From NCBI GenBank assembly GCA_037379345.1, contig CM074518.1:45783586-45847585 (forward strand): a stretch of DNA of 64,000 bases. The letters run 5' to 3'. The translations under genes were made by a program, and so were the position numbers. This document shows positions 35,817 to 49,100 of this stretch, one piece after another. Every line of letters begins with the position of its first letter. The first letter of the stretch is position 1. Under the pieces are notes generated by a model. It had not been told where the DNA came from. It saw only the letters and a list, made by a program, of their open reading frames with translations, and made no database searches. Source of the DNA: Perna viridis. Lineage: Eukaryota.

Positions 35817-38800
35817 GTATGTGTTAAGTAAGGTATAATTGTTATCCTTATGTATAAATTAGTAGATTATATTTACATTTATATTAGATCTTTTGAACCC
35901 ATAATTAATGAAAAATTTAATGCAATAAACATTTGAACTGACACTAATGTTAAGATGTTTTTACTTAAAAAAATGGGTCGAAAAAAATACAAAAACTGGA
36001 ACAATCGAAATATCTTAGTTTTATAATGATCCATTTTCATTTTTTTAATTGCATTAATTGAAATTAAAAACCTTTTCTAGGAAATTAGAAATCGAATTAA
36101 AACGTAACATTTTAATTAAATATATACTGCCTAAATTCAACATAATTATCAAATGTTTTCATTCGAAACAATGACTGTCAATGAACTTAAAAGAAAATCA
36201 ATCTATATATTTTTTTTTCAGGATGCCAGAAAAACATGGATGTCCTTTTTGTGGTTGATACATCAAACAATTTATCAGGGATAAAATTCAGTATTTTAAA
36301 ACAAACATTGATAATGTTATCGGATGATTTAAACGTTGGTATAAAGGGCGCGCGAATGGGTGTCATAGCTTATAGCGACAAAGTTACTACAGAAATCCGA
36401 CTCACGAGAAATAAACAAAAACTAAAGAAACAAATCAGAAGAATAAAACAAACTGGACCTGTTGTTAATACCACGGCTGGTATTGAAGACATGCTTAAAG
36501 TGTTCATAGACCAGTATAAAACAAGAGGTGTTCCGAAAGTGGGGGTTGTAATTTTAAGTGACAACTCAATCGACCCTGGTCAGGCAATTCAGATGGCGTT
36601 TCAAGTAAAAGAAGATGGTGTTAATATGCACGCAATCAGCGTTTCTGATTCTGTCCAAGTAATGGAACTGATGGGCATTGCATCCGACCAAAATCAAAAT
36701 GTGTATTCGTTCACCAACCCATCGGGTTTATTGACATCGAAAGAGCGTGTCGTCTCTTCGCTTTGTACCGGTAAGTTTATACTAGGATATATGCTCTCAG
36801 CATTTTCATTAGCCGTTTATCCTGCTTGAAAAGAAATAATGATACTGTATTACAATGTTTCAATTGTGGATTATTATAAGATATTTCATATAAAAAAAAC
36901 TTATGTACATATATAATGTATGCATGTTCTCAACTTAGTAATTCTATGTTATAGATAAGAATCCTACATCGCACTCATTGGAAAGATATTTATTGATTTC
37001 AAAATGCTTGCATCGTAGAAATGTAGAATATTTAAATTTTTAATTTTTGATGATTCATTTTCTTTTCATTTTAGTGCAATCTTTGGCACCAGAAACAACA
37101 ACATCAACAACAACAACGACAACTGCCACCACCACCACAACAACCACAACTACTACAACAACACCACCACCCACATCAACAGATCACCCCCAAATTTCAA
37201 CAATGGCTCCGACAGCAGGTAAAATTCATTGTAGCGTATCAACTTCTCTTAACTCATTTTCAGTATAATTGAGTATAGTCATGCCTCATTTTTTTCATTA
37301 TTTACATGTTAATATTACATCATATCATCAATGCATTGGTCTGACTTTCATATCAATTCCTACGAAAATATAATTTTAGTTATTCAGAAATAATGAAAAC
37401 GATAAGTTTTTATTTTTAACAATATGGGAGAAGCAAGAATTAAACCAAATTGACGTGACAAGAAATAAATTTTCTTCTTAAAAAATTCAAGCCATTTGTA
37501 TGTATGCAGTGTCGTGGATTCTCAAATTTCTACATTTTCGTCCACTTAAAGATAAGCTCATATACATCGAAATATATTTTATTAGGTCCTTGTGAAAACT
37601 GCAAGTTATCAAATGGGGTAGGATTTAACCCCCATCCTGAGGACTGTGATAAATTCACTCAGTGTTACTTCGGAGCAAACAAGGAAAGTCTAGCTGTATA
37701 TAGACAGTGCCCGTTCGGACAATACTGGTCTCAGAACAGGCTCAGCTGTATGCCTGCATCAGAAGTGCAATGCTTAAAAGGTTGGTGGCAGTTATTATAT
37801 GATAAACACAACTTATCTTTAAATTAAAAAAAATATTTTACAATGTTATGTTATAAAATATTCACTTATAATATCCCAGATTATTGTTCACATATATTTA
37901 AGCAAGAAATTGAATTAAAATGTAAACGAATTCAAGTTATGAAAGTATTTTACATATATCCATGCATTATTGTATTTTAAATTAAAGCAATGCACCCTTT
38001 GATGTATGAAAGCGCTCCATCTTTTTTCGAATATTCGATGAATATAACATAAAAGAAATACTGCAAAACCCCTTGAAATTTAACAATGTTTCAAATCTTT
38101 CTGAAATTCTAAATTGTGTGAAATGCTACTTGTATGTTATATTGTCAACATAAAAATAAATTGGCTTTAGATTGGTTTGATAGGAATATGCTGTCAAACA
38201 GCAAACTTGTTATGAAAGCGATGTTAATTAACATACTTTACATTTCTCTCCTTTCAGAAAAATGTGCTCTCCCCGGTCTACTATCTTACCCATACAGAAC
38301 TATTACTAACAACCGTGCATACTGGCAGTGCTACCTTGGGATGTCAAGGGGTATGTGCTGTCCCGAAGGATTTATTTACAAGCAATATCAAGGCTGCGAA
38401 GAGTACGATGGACCAACAGACCCTTGTCCACCAACCATACATCACGAGGGCTCATGTGATTCCAGGCCAATACTTGATGATCAAGGATGGTATGAACAAT
38501 ATGCTCCTGGTCACGGTTGGATAAAAATGCCGTGCGCACCTGGTACACATTATAATCCCGCAGATTGTCAGTGCTCCTTCCACACTTCATTCATTCCAGG
38601 ACACAAAGGTTTGTATTTTCACATTTTTGTATTGTAGGAAGGCAAAAAGCTAAAGCACATTTATATGATAAAAATGCTTTTCCATAACGATACAATATCT
38701 ATATACACACATAGAATAAACTGCAGTTACAGTTACTATTTAATATATATGAACATTTCGTTATTATTACCATTTGTATTTCATATCGAAAATTTTGTAA

Positions 38801-41165
38801 TCTGAATGCATGTGCAAAAAAGCCACTGTTTGATGATCTTTAAAAATCTGTCGCTGTTCGAAGAAAACAATATCTTTATCATTAGTTTGTTTTCCCTACA
38901 GAATGCAAACCAGAAGTATTTATATCTTTCGGTAATGACACCAACGACCATTCCGGAAAGAACAACGCCATAGATAACATGGGCGTGACAGTAGATGGAA
39001 GCGGATATGGCTATTTCGATGGAAAGTCTAAATTGGTTATTAAACGATTCGCAAATTTCGAAACATACACAGACTTTGTCGTCAAAATGAGATACTTCCA
39101 TTCAGGCAGTGACAGACTTGAAGCACTTTTGAGTAATGGTGATGATTGTTGTGATCACGTGCCTTCTGTTGCTATGGTGAAGAGCAGAAGAAATATACAT
39201 TACATGGCCAAATGTGAAAATGAGGCCGTTACAACATTCCATACACCTGCAATGGTAAGAATATAAATACAAAGCATATTCCTTCAAAATATTGTTAAAA
39301 CTAAGAAATGCGAAAAAATGAAATTAAACATAGATTATAATATCAGTAGTAAAATCTGGTCTTAAAGTTTCACAGAGCGCAGAGGTCTTTGTGCAATTTA
39401 GTTTGGTGACATTTGTCTAAATCGGATGTTCTTTTTCCTCTTTCTCTCTCTGTGATTGGAAATTACCGAACATTATTAGTAACCCGGCATTAGTCCGAAA
39501 AAGACATTATGGAGACTTGTGTATAATGTTTAAGGTTCTGCTAAAGTCAATATCTAGGACATTTCTTAATGAAATGTTTTCATTCATAGTTTTAATAATG
39601 CATTAAATTAAGCACTGAAACATTGCTAAATGCATCTTTATATGTATATGACACACAAGCACAAGTCAAGCCTAGGAACATATGTTTTATAACTTCTATA
39701 TAACATTTCATTAAGGAATTTCTTAGATATTGACTTTGGCTGAACCTTAATGTGCTGATAAACAAATGTCTATATCTAAAATTGACAATACCTGAGTTTG
39801 TTTAGAACTTACTTTTAACAGAAGCGCTTCGCTTCTTACAAACTGCCGTAAACGTATTAATATTCGCGTAGTGTACCAGCGAAACACAACATAACGCTAA
39901 TTATTTTTTTTGAAACTTGGTACCGACAAATATGTTCACTTGACAAAATTAGCAATGTTATAAAATTTATTTAAATACAATAAAACGTATTTCATATTGA
40001 TACGAGATAGGCATAAACGTTTACTAAGTAACCTTTTGTAAAAGGACTGCCACAGCATGAAAATGCAAGTTTCAACATTGAAATGACAACGAAAGTTGAC
40101 TGAAATATAAAAAAAAACAATTATATATTTTGCAAATTCCGATATGCTGCACACGTGTTTCAGGGAGAAACTTCTCATCAGCAGCATTAAAATTTATGAT
40201 TTAATTAATTTCCATACTATTCACTTGTATATCTAGTATTTTATGATGTGAAAAATAAAAAAAAAACTGGTATTTTGTCATAATTACAATTTATTACAAT
40301 ATTAATCTAATTTCGCTTGCTTCATAGAAATGTGAATATGAAGTAGTACATGTACATTTTAATTTTGACCTTGAATAATCATAACAACATAAATCAAAAA
40401 GTACATTTGAGTCTTTATATCTTAATTTTTGCTGCAAGGCAAGGGAAGAATGTTTTAAGTACTTATAGCTACATAAGACAATCTTGAAACAATGAGATCA
40501 TCCATGAACTTTTATCAAATATTTATTACTTGTCTGGCTCACATAGTTAACGTGTCGTGCTATGTACATAAATCACCGTCTTGATAGTTTGATTTTAATA
40601 TTTCTTTTAAATATAGAAATGTATTATTCTATATAACAATAATTACATTAATCTTTTGAAAGAAATTCATTTTTCATAACTACAATGGCCATTAATACAT
40701 CAAATTGTATTTTAAAATTTATGTTTGACGTCATTCTAAAACTTATCTTAAAGTTGTATTGAAAGATAAATGACAATAGTTTGACAAATGTATGTCTTCA
40801 AATGTCGGCTTAGTATGTCAGTGTCTAAAAATATTTTTTTTACAAAACAAGATATTTCAAAAATAAAGATGTGACATTGGGCAACCATGGCGGTATCCTT
40901 TTTAATTTGTATTATAACATACCAGATTCAGTAGATAAAATGAGCATCTGTTTTGTAGACCGGTAATTGGAATGAAGCATATTATGTTCATGATGGATAC
41001 AAGCTAGAGGGGAGAAACAATGGTATCTTGAGTGACGCGTGGGCGATTGGAAAACTACAGAAAAGTCAAGCCGCTCTCCAAATCGGACATGGAAGATTAT
41101 TCCAAAATTTTAAAGGATATATGGATTATGTAGCCATATATCTATGCCGGCCTGCTTATCTATAG
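35738..41165 (+). CDS. Gene B: Pif/BMSP-family shell matrix protein with signal peptide, VWA, Thr-rich linker, chitin-binding modules and LamG (exons 35738-35816, 36222-36770, 37075-37218, 37586-37780, 38258-38608, 38902-39254, 40959-41165; 625 aa)
   Basis: GT-AG junctions with consistent phases, 1878 nt open; the VWA-ChtBD2-LamG order is diagnostic of molluscan Pif-like proteins. Confidence 0.9.
36222..36770 (+). CDS. Gene B exon 2, VWA domain
   Basis: C...DVLFVVDTS...RMGVIAYS...T..G...KVGVVILSD...AISV...C. Confidence 0.92.
37075..37218 (+). CDS. Gene B exon 3, poly-Thr/Pro mucin-like linker
   Basis: ACN-rich open exon, phase 1 to 1. Confidence 0.85.
37586..37780 (+). CDS. Gene B exon 4, chitin-binding type-2 domain
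   Basis: GPCENCKLSNGVGFNPHPEDCDKFTQC...CPFGQYWSQNRLSC. Confidence 0.92.
38258..38608 (+). CDS. Gene B exon 5, two Cys-rich chitin-binding-like modules
   Basis: RAYWQC...CCPEG...GC and CDSRP...WIKMPCAPGTHYNPADCQC. Confidence 0.9.
38902..39254 (+). CDS. Gene B exon 6, LamG first part
   Basis: ECKPEVFISF...DHSGK...YFDGKSKL...RFAN...LLSNGDDC. Confidence 0.9.
39534..39746. mobile_element. MITE with imperfect TIRs of about 45 bp and TTAA flanks, in the last intron of gene B
   Basis: ggttctgctaaagtcaatatctagg... / ...cttagatattgactttggctgaacc. Confidence 0.75.
40959..41165 (+). CDS. Gene B exon 7, LamG C-terminus
   Basis: TGNWNEAYYVHDG...LQIGHG...NFKGYMDYVAIYLCRPAYL*; not in the ORF track. Confidence 0.9.
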   Translation, partial: TGNWNEAYYVHDGYKLEGRNNGILSDAWAIGKLQKSQAALQIGHGRLFQNFKGYMDYVAIYLCRPAYL

Positions 41166-41823
41166 ATGATTGAAATCCTTGAAAAATGGGAAAAAAAATG
41201 TGACATTTTTAATGAAAAGAATATCAGGCAAACTTATGTAAAATCAACATTATGCATATGCAAATCTATAAATCTTAATGACACAGATTTGGGTCGTCAT
41301 ATTACTGCAAGAAATAAACAATTTCCTTACTGATTTTCAGAAAACAAATCTTGTAGGCATTAATCAATTCTCGTTTGCAACGAGTTTTGTTTAATTTGCA
41401 TGCATTATCAATTTCGTCAAACCGAATTGAAAGATTTTGTCTTTACCTGTTGGAATTGAAGAATCATATCCTGAAAATAAATCTCTAGTTTGAAGCACCA
41501 TTGTGTACCGTTTGCCTGAATATTGAAAGAGAATAACATATTTTGTTTTATCAGTATTGTAATTAACAGTATGAAGAATGTGTTATACTTGAAATGTGTC
41601 TTTCTTTCCTAAACGAATGAGAAAGATCGTCTCTATTTTTCTGTGATAAATTTTGTCGTGTGTATATATATTCGTGTCCCAGTTACAGTGTGCGTAACTT
41701 TATTTATTTATTTATTTTTATACATTTTTATTGTTTCTATTAAAAAATGAATTTATTGTATAATACCTAGATAATTAATTAAAGATCTTGTTTATAATAA
41801 AATATATTAACTTTCAAGTACTT

Positions 41824-41963
41824 TTTAATTCTATGTATATATACAAGCCTGAAACAAACCGCACTTTCGGTTTCGAATTGAAGAATTCAGATGTTTAATT
41901 CTATGTATATATACAAGCCTGAAACAAACCGCACTTTCGGTTTCGAATTGAAGAATTCAGATG
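41824..41963. repeat. perfect 70-bp tandem duplication
   Basis: 41824-41893 is identical to 41894-41963. Confidence 0.9.
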
Positions 41964-44671
41964 TTTATTAGTTTACTTTCTATGACTGTAATGTCATTAA
42001 AATACATGTTTTGCGATGCCAATATCATGATTTATTTTAACCTTGAATTTAACAAAAATATTTGGTTTTTTTTTTTTAAATACCATTGATTTTACTTTGT
42101 GGTTCCTCATTTTTTCCCCCTTTTTAGTGAAATGAAGCTTTTTATAATACTGAGTAATACATCAACAAATTCCATAAAATTGCATTAAAAATTACTTTGG
42201 TTTGACGTCATTTCAAAATATCAGTACTCAGGGTCACTCAGGGTCTTGCCATTCACTTATTGTAGATAAAACAAGTTTGGTCCTTCCCTGACATTAGCAA
42301 AAAAAAGAACAACAGAAATATCCTGAATTGTTGCCAAATTTACGTTTCCATGTACTAGACATTATTGTAATTCACGATGTTTAACAAGAAAATGACATCA
42401 TGATGTGTTTTTTACACCAGCCTTAATACCACAAAAACCAGTAAAAATAAGCTATTGTTCTATGAATTTGGAAGTAAAAACCTGTAAAATCATCTAAAAA
42501 GACAACGGGTGATGTCATTTTAATCAGTAAGTCTATTGTTCTTCAGAAATTTACCTAAAGCACTTTACCTATTGATAACAAATAACTTCCGTGTGCATGA
42601 CTCGATTAAGTATGCAAGTTGTAGCAAAAACGCCCTTCAATAAAACCACGACGGCGAAAACCCTGCTGGTTTCATTATGATGTAATTTTAATTCAATCAC
42701 ATCAAATTTGTTAAGTTAAATAAGGCATGCTTGTCTGTTATAACCGCATAAACCAACAAGATATAAAATGATAACGATTTTCTCAATAAAACCTACCGCA
42801 ACCACTATTTCCGTTTTTTTTTAATGTCAATAAAAACAAAGTAACTTCATTGAGCAACCCGATGCCACAAAAGCACGTTTTAACTACCGCAGAACTCGTT
42901 CTAATTCGGCTAATGAACAACAATTTGACAGCTGAAAAATTCCTCGTATAATTATTTAATCATTTATAATATAGTAAATGCAATCAAATTTATGATATCT
43001 CGTATATACATATTTTTTTTTGTTTCATATTTTTATTTGTTATAACATTTTTAAATAGAAAAAGGGTGTCCCACAATGATACTGAACACAAACTGTAAAA
43101 AACGCTTATGAATTAAAGTAATATAAAAATTAACAAAACATATCATCACAAATCAGGAAGAGAAATAGTATATATTACATGAAATGGCGGATCAAAGAAT
43201 AAACTGGAAAATAAAATAAGTTAAACAATAACTCTATATTTAAATATTTATACTGTATTTGAATTTGCTTTTTTTAATTATTTTTTCATTGTGTGGGTTA
43301 ATTATAAGAGGTTATCGTTTCTTCATATGCTGTCATAAGTGCTTTTCAAACAGTAGCAATAACAGTTTCCTGTAGATAATCTAAACTTAAGGATATTTAT
43401 ACCAAAAAATATGTCTGAGAAACATTGTTGTTATATCCATAAACTCTACGGTATTTTATTTCAATTATAGATATATCAATTGGATTGTAACATCAGAAAG
43501 CATTTACAACCTCAAATACTCTTAACTATAAAACCGCGTTTTATATCCAAGTGTTGATAAATAACTGCACTTGCAGCATATCGATATTTGCAACATATAT
43601 GGTTGGTATTGATGTATCTAGTTCTCTGCTTTTTGTTGCTGTATGAGGAACGTGCTCCACGACTAATTAAAACTGTAAAAAAATTCAAACTCTTACCCCA
43701 TAATATTGCCTTATTTACATAACAAAAAAAAAAAAAAAAAAAAAGCCATTTAACTTTAAACCGAGTAACCTTTTATCATGAATATGAAATCATAACCTGT
43801 GGATTTGTTATGTACTAACAGAATACCACAAAATGTGACACATTTTTAAAACAAGGACACAACAACCTTTACTGTTTCTACTATAGAGGAAACATGTAGT
43901 ACATTATTTCCCGCACTTCACAATAAAGGCATAGCTGGGGCTTGTTAGGTTACATTTGCACGTACGCTTAACAGATGCGGGTGCTGTAACATGGTATAAA
44001 TGTGATTAAGCTCATCATTTTGTTATTGAATATATGTGCCATTACACATTATTTTTACCTATTGTATGGACCTAAGGGTATCCAAGATTAAGGGTAGGAC
44101 ATTATTTAGTGGAAAGAAATTTCACGGGAAAAAATGCATATTTTCCTCAATATCAGGGGCGAATAATGCCGAGTTCTACCCTATAAATGTGAACAAGAGA
44201 GCCACCCGGAGCGTCACTCATTTTTAATCAAAGACTGAAGTCTTCAGAGTCGCCAATCGTCAAATATTCTCTGTCACTGATTTTGACTTACTTTCAACAT
44301 CCGAAATGCTACGTTACGAATGTGATATGCTCTAAAATCGGGTGACTTCCGCTAAAAAATCTTGGTTTCCTTGATATGATTGCGTACTTTTTCGTAACCG
44401 TGATGACCTGAATGTTTTAAATGCTAGAAACTACTTATTCCACTTCCCATAAGCTTCAATGCTAATTTCACAAATTTCAATGGCTTAGCTTCTCAGGACT
44501 TTACCTTAATTTTAACCTGCAGAGGACTATATATCTGCATGATTCCACACATGTCAGCTCACAATCCTCAGCATTGTCATGTGCGGTTAGCAGACTTGCA
44601 GTGTAGTAAAGGTCACTAGAGGTGAAGGGTCTATAAATAGCATGGGAAATCCCAGTGTTTTCACAATAATC

Positions 44672-46866
44672 CTTGAATAATCCAAAAACCTGTTCAAACC
44701 AGACAAGTCCCTTAACACACGTCTTAACAAAACAGATTTCATATTCAAAAAGGGGCTTAGTTAATCAGCGTATATCGTTTGAATTAAGGATGGAAGAGTT
44801 GAAGCACAAGTCCACGAAAGATGAACTTAATGATTTACTTATCTATTGTACAAAGTAACACGGAAAAAAATTCCTTGAGACGAAGAGAGACAGTGTTTCG
44901 CTTGCTGTATAACAAATAGAAATATCAAGAATAATTTACTTTGTATTGAAACTCACTTTCAGATGTTGAAATCTTACCCCACCTTCTGCATGGTACAAAT
45001 TAAATGTATTTCACGATGAAAGTTCCGCAATATTTTTGATGAGTGTATCATTAATACTTATGGGTCTGTTTGTTGACAAGCAGCAACGAAATAATCAACG
45101 GGTCATTGTTTTCCTTTCTTCATTTGTCTACCCCGCACTTGACTTTTTATGAGCAACTCGGTGGGTGTTTCTAGAAAAGCAGAGGACGCTTACCCTACCG
45201 GTGCACCTGGTCCATGCTCCCAGTTTTTAAAGGAGTCCGAGTTGCTCATTTGCTTTTGTTACTTTGTATGTATGATTTTAGTTACTTTATGTTCTTTGTC
45301 GTGTATGTCTGTTTTCCATGTCTGGTCTTTGTCCCAGGATTACATTCTTTTGATTATCGCTAGAACCTAGGTTCTCTTGATTACTCTTTCACATGATAGG
45401 GGTATGTTTAGAAATCAGTATGGAGATTAGGCTTCACATCACAAGAAGCAAAATGCACTTATAAAATGTAGTAATGTTTTTCCGTTTCAGAAACAGTCTT
45501 AATTTTTGAAATAAAATGATAACCTTTTACACAGAGCTATGAGGAACAGGGGGTAAATCCAATGCTAACCGATCATTTCATCTTTTAATATAAACTTCCC
45601 GTTCTAATACAACAAAAAAAAAAACAACAACAAAAAAAAAAAACAACAACAAAAAAAGCATAGACATGTGTATGATGATTTAAAAGAGGTACATTGTAGC
45701 GATCATTGGGTCCCTTATGATATTGATCAGGGAACCAACTTAGGAACCAGATTAAGCAGCTGGCAATAAATATTCATAAATATCGGCGTGGTAATGTTAA
45801 TATATCATTTCATGTAAACTTTCCGTTCTCGTACAAGCAAGAAACACTCGTAGAACACACATATATGATACTTTAAGAAGTATATTTTTTATCTCGTATG
45901 AAGCCAGAACTATTACGCAATGGCGGTAAATAAGGCGAGGATCTGCAACATTTCGTGGCGTATAACTACTTATTTATTGAAATCGTATGCGAATATTAAG
46001 TACTAAAATTACGAGTGCAGAAGTCGCTGACAATATTAGCGACTTACAAATGTGTCCTTTTGGGTGTGTGTCACATATTACAGAATTTGCATGATTATTA
46101 CAAAGACTGATACTTAAATCTTTGCACTTTTTAACCTATTTGACAAGATTTTTTTAAAGCATTCTCCATGATTTTTTCTGAAATTTTCAATATCATAAAC
46201 AGTTGGTTTTTTTTTTCTAAAACCATCCGGGAAGTGACAAGGCAAAATCTTGTAAACTGGTATTTTAAACATTCTGTGCAAGTCAGTACCTATATTTGAA
46301 TAAACCACAAAATTCCTTTTCGATGATTTACTGGATAAAAATATTCCAGAAAATATAATAAATCATTTTATGTGATGAGTTGAAGGTCATCTTCTTAAGA
46401 AACTGTACTAATACATAAGTAGTTTTATTTCGTTGCTGCTTGTCACTAGAAGTATAGGTTCATTAAAGAATCAAACAGACCCATAATGATACAATCATCA
46501 AAAAATATTGCGGAACTTTCATAGTGAAATACATTTAATTTGTACCATGCAGAAGGTGAGGTAAGATTTCAACATCTGAAAGTGAGTTTCAATACAAAGT
46601 AAATTATTCTTGATATTTCTATTTGTTATACAGCAAGCGAAACACTGTCTCTCTTCGTCTCAAGGAATTTTTTTCCGTGTTACTTTGTACAATAGATAAG
46701 TAAATCATTAAGTTCATCTTTCGTGGACTTGTGCTTCAACTCTTCCATCCTTAATTCAAACGATATACGCTGATTAACTAAGCCCCTTTTTGAATATGAA
46801 ATCTGTTTTGTTAAGACGTGTGTTAAGGGACTTGTCTGGTTTGAACAGATTTTTGGATTATTCAAG
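44672..46866. repeat. long inverted duplication (arms about 44672-45094 and 46424-46866)
   Basis: The same spurious peptide appears on opposite strands (ORFs 44673+ and 46680-); near-identical arms of about 420 bp. Confidence 0.85.
45095..45388 (+). mobile_element. Naiad-type PLE 3' end fragment
   Basis: Family 3' UTR with the 13-bp stem intact. Confidence 0.8.
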
Positions 46867-47003
46867 GTTCGGTTAAAAGTGTCTGCTTTGAACAAGTTTT
46901 TGGGTTATTCAAGGTTCGGTTAAAAGTGTCTGGTTTGAACAGGTTTTTGGATTATTCAAGGTTCGGTTAAAAGTGTCTGGTTTGAACAGGTTTTTGGTTC
47001 GGT
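46834..47003. repeat. 47-bp tandem repeat, about 3.5 copies
   Basis: gtctggtttgaacag...ggttcggttaaaagt starting at 46834, 46881, 46928 and 46975. Confidence 0.85.
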
Positions 47004-48911
47004 TGTCAGGTTTCTCTGTGTAAATTTTGAACATCAGTAATCAGTACATATTTCTACGTTGCATTGAAAGGTCTTTCTATAATCTTTGATTGAATCTAAA
47101 AAATAAAATTAGAAATGTGCGTAATGTCAATAGTACAGATACACTAAGTGTTACAATGAAATCATTTATGTATTAAAATATTGAACTAAAGCATCCTTTA
47201 TGGTATGTTCATCTTCAAATGTAGTGTTCGAACAATTATATGCCACTTTACATTCTATGATTGAAGAAAACAAAGTCAAGTACGGTGAAATCCGGTGAAA
47301 ACTAATCACATTTTGACTTAGATTTGTATTTAGTTAATATCATATATCATTACCTTTTATAGATAACCTTTATATGTAGGCAATAAATTGAACATACAAT
47401 ACATTAATTGTTATTTATTTTACCTTTCAATCGTGAAATAAAGGCTCCCGACCAATCAAATCAAAGGATAAGAAGTACATAAGACTCTGTAGCACCTGGT
47501 AGAAGAAGTGGAATTATCTCCCTTTAGTAAATTTAAAATATATCCATTTTTTAAATTCAAACATTTTTTTATCTGTTTGCTTAAAGAAATCAAAAATAAA
47601 ATTTATTTTCGTTCACAAAATAAATAAACAAAGTTATATGCATATTTAATTAGTATATGTTGAATAAAGTAAAAAACAATCACACATTGGTTTTATGTTT
47701 TACACTATTATACGTATATAGCAACTAAAAGTAATTTCTGGTTAGAGATGCATCTACCACAAAGTATGATACACTATTTGTTCTCTTCGTGTGGATCAGT
47801 TGTATTTTGATATATATTAGATGAACGAATTACCGGAAACGCAATATTTTACAGGTGAAAGAATTTTCATGACCATATCATAATATTGGTACGCTCCCAA
47901 AGGGAGCGTAAATGGCTGTATTATCAACTGGGTCACGTATACTTATGGGCATGTAAATTCAGGAACTTAAAAACAGTATAATGGCAGCTTCATTTTCGTA
48001 CACTCCGAAAAATTTCATTGAGAACAGAACCAGTCTCAGTAGCGTTTTTGATTAAGTTCAAAAGAAATCATATTTTTTCCAAGATACGGATTGTCAAATA
48101 GTCAACAGAAGGCGCTCCAATATTTAGGACAGTACTATTACCCATAATTCCATGCGATTGCCAAAACGACCCAAAGACATTTCGGACCACGACAATCGAA
48201 CCAATAACCGTGACTCGCGCAATAAAGTATATATATGGTTGTATTATCAACTTGGTTCTGTATACTTATGTCAAGAAAAAAACATCAATATCCGGTTTTT
48301 ACCTGCATTTTCAACAGCATAATGGCAGCTTCATTTGCGTATACTTGTATGTGTGCGATTGAGAACCAAACCAGTCTAAAAAATATTTGCTAGTTTCGAT
48401 AATTAAATACAAATCAAATCATAGCTTTTCCAAAATAGGGTTGGCCTTATAGTCTGCAGTATGGCGCCCAGATATTTACGAAAATTACGTAATCAATATT
48501 ACCCAAAATTCTCGGGTCATAAATATTGCGAAACGAAAATGAACCACAACGAAACGAAAATAATCGATAAAAGAAAGAATCGAAACGAATCAATTAAATA
48601 AAATGAATCAAATCGTTATAAAAACATAATTTAACTGTACAAAATGAAACAGAATGAAGTGAAACTAACTGCAATAAAAGAAATCTTTTAAGACGTCTCG
48701 CAAATTAAAGAACCATAATGTTAACCAGGGCCGGACGATTCGACCAAAAGATATTTCGGACCATGACAACCAATAATTCCTTATGAATGCCAGACATTTT
48801 GGCCAATAGACATATCAATCCATGACAATTAGCATAATGCATTAGGACAAATATATATCATTACAAAATTTACCATACTTGAAGGTTATGAGTATAATAT
48901 ATCAAACAGAG

Positions 48912-49100
48912 CATGAGGAATGAACCAGCAATCTTAATCAACATTCGTTTCTTCATCACTTGGCTGATAACCAAAACTGTCCGCACTGTTGGGACCACAT
49001 TGAAGATAATCATCATTTCTTGTTCTCTTGCACTTACTATGCTTACCACAGGAGGTCATTGGAGTCTGTCTGCTTAGACCTTAACATTATATTGCTGATA
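48912..49100 (+). mobile_element. LINE ORF2 C-terminal zinc-finger fragment
   Basis: LNQHSFLHHLADNQNCPHCWDHIEDNHHFLFSCTYY..R, the same pattern as CPFCSSPCEDNFHYFFDCPAY in the CR1 copy. Confidence 0.65.

Noticed and set aside
44500-44670. Minus-strand open stretch DYCENTGISH...AEDCELTCVESCRY, faintly PAN/apple-like
   Set aside because: Under 60 codons, no convincing splice sites or partner exons, and cut by the inverted duplication
45149-45249. Possible SECIS element (ATGA-led stem) in the PLE 3' UTR
   Set aside because: The ATGA pairs by Watson-Crick with TCAT rather than forming a GA/GA quartet, and no conserved in-frame TGA was seen in the visible RT
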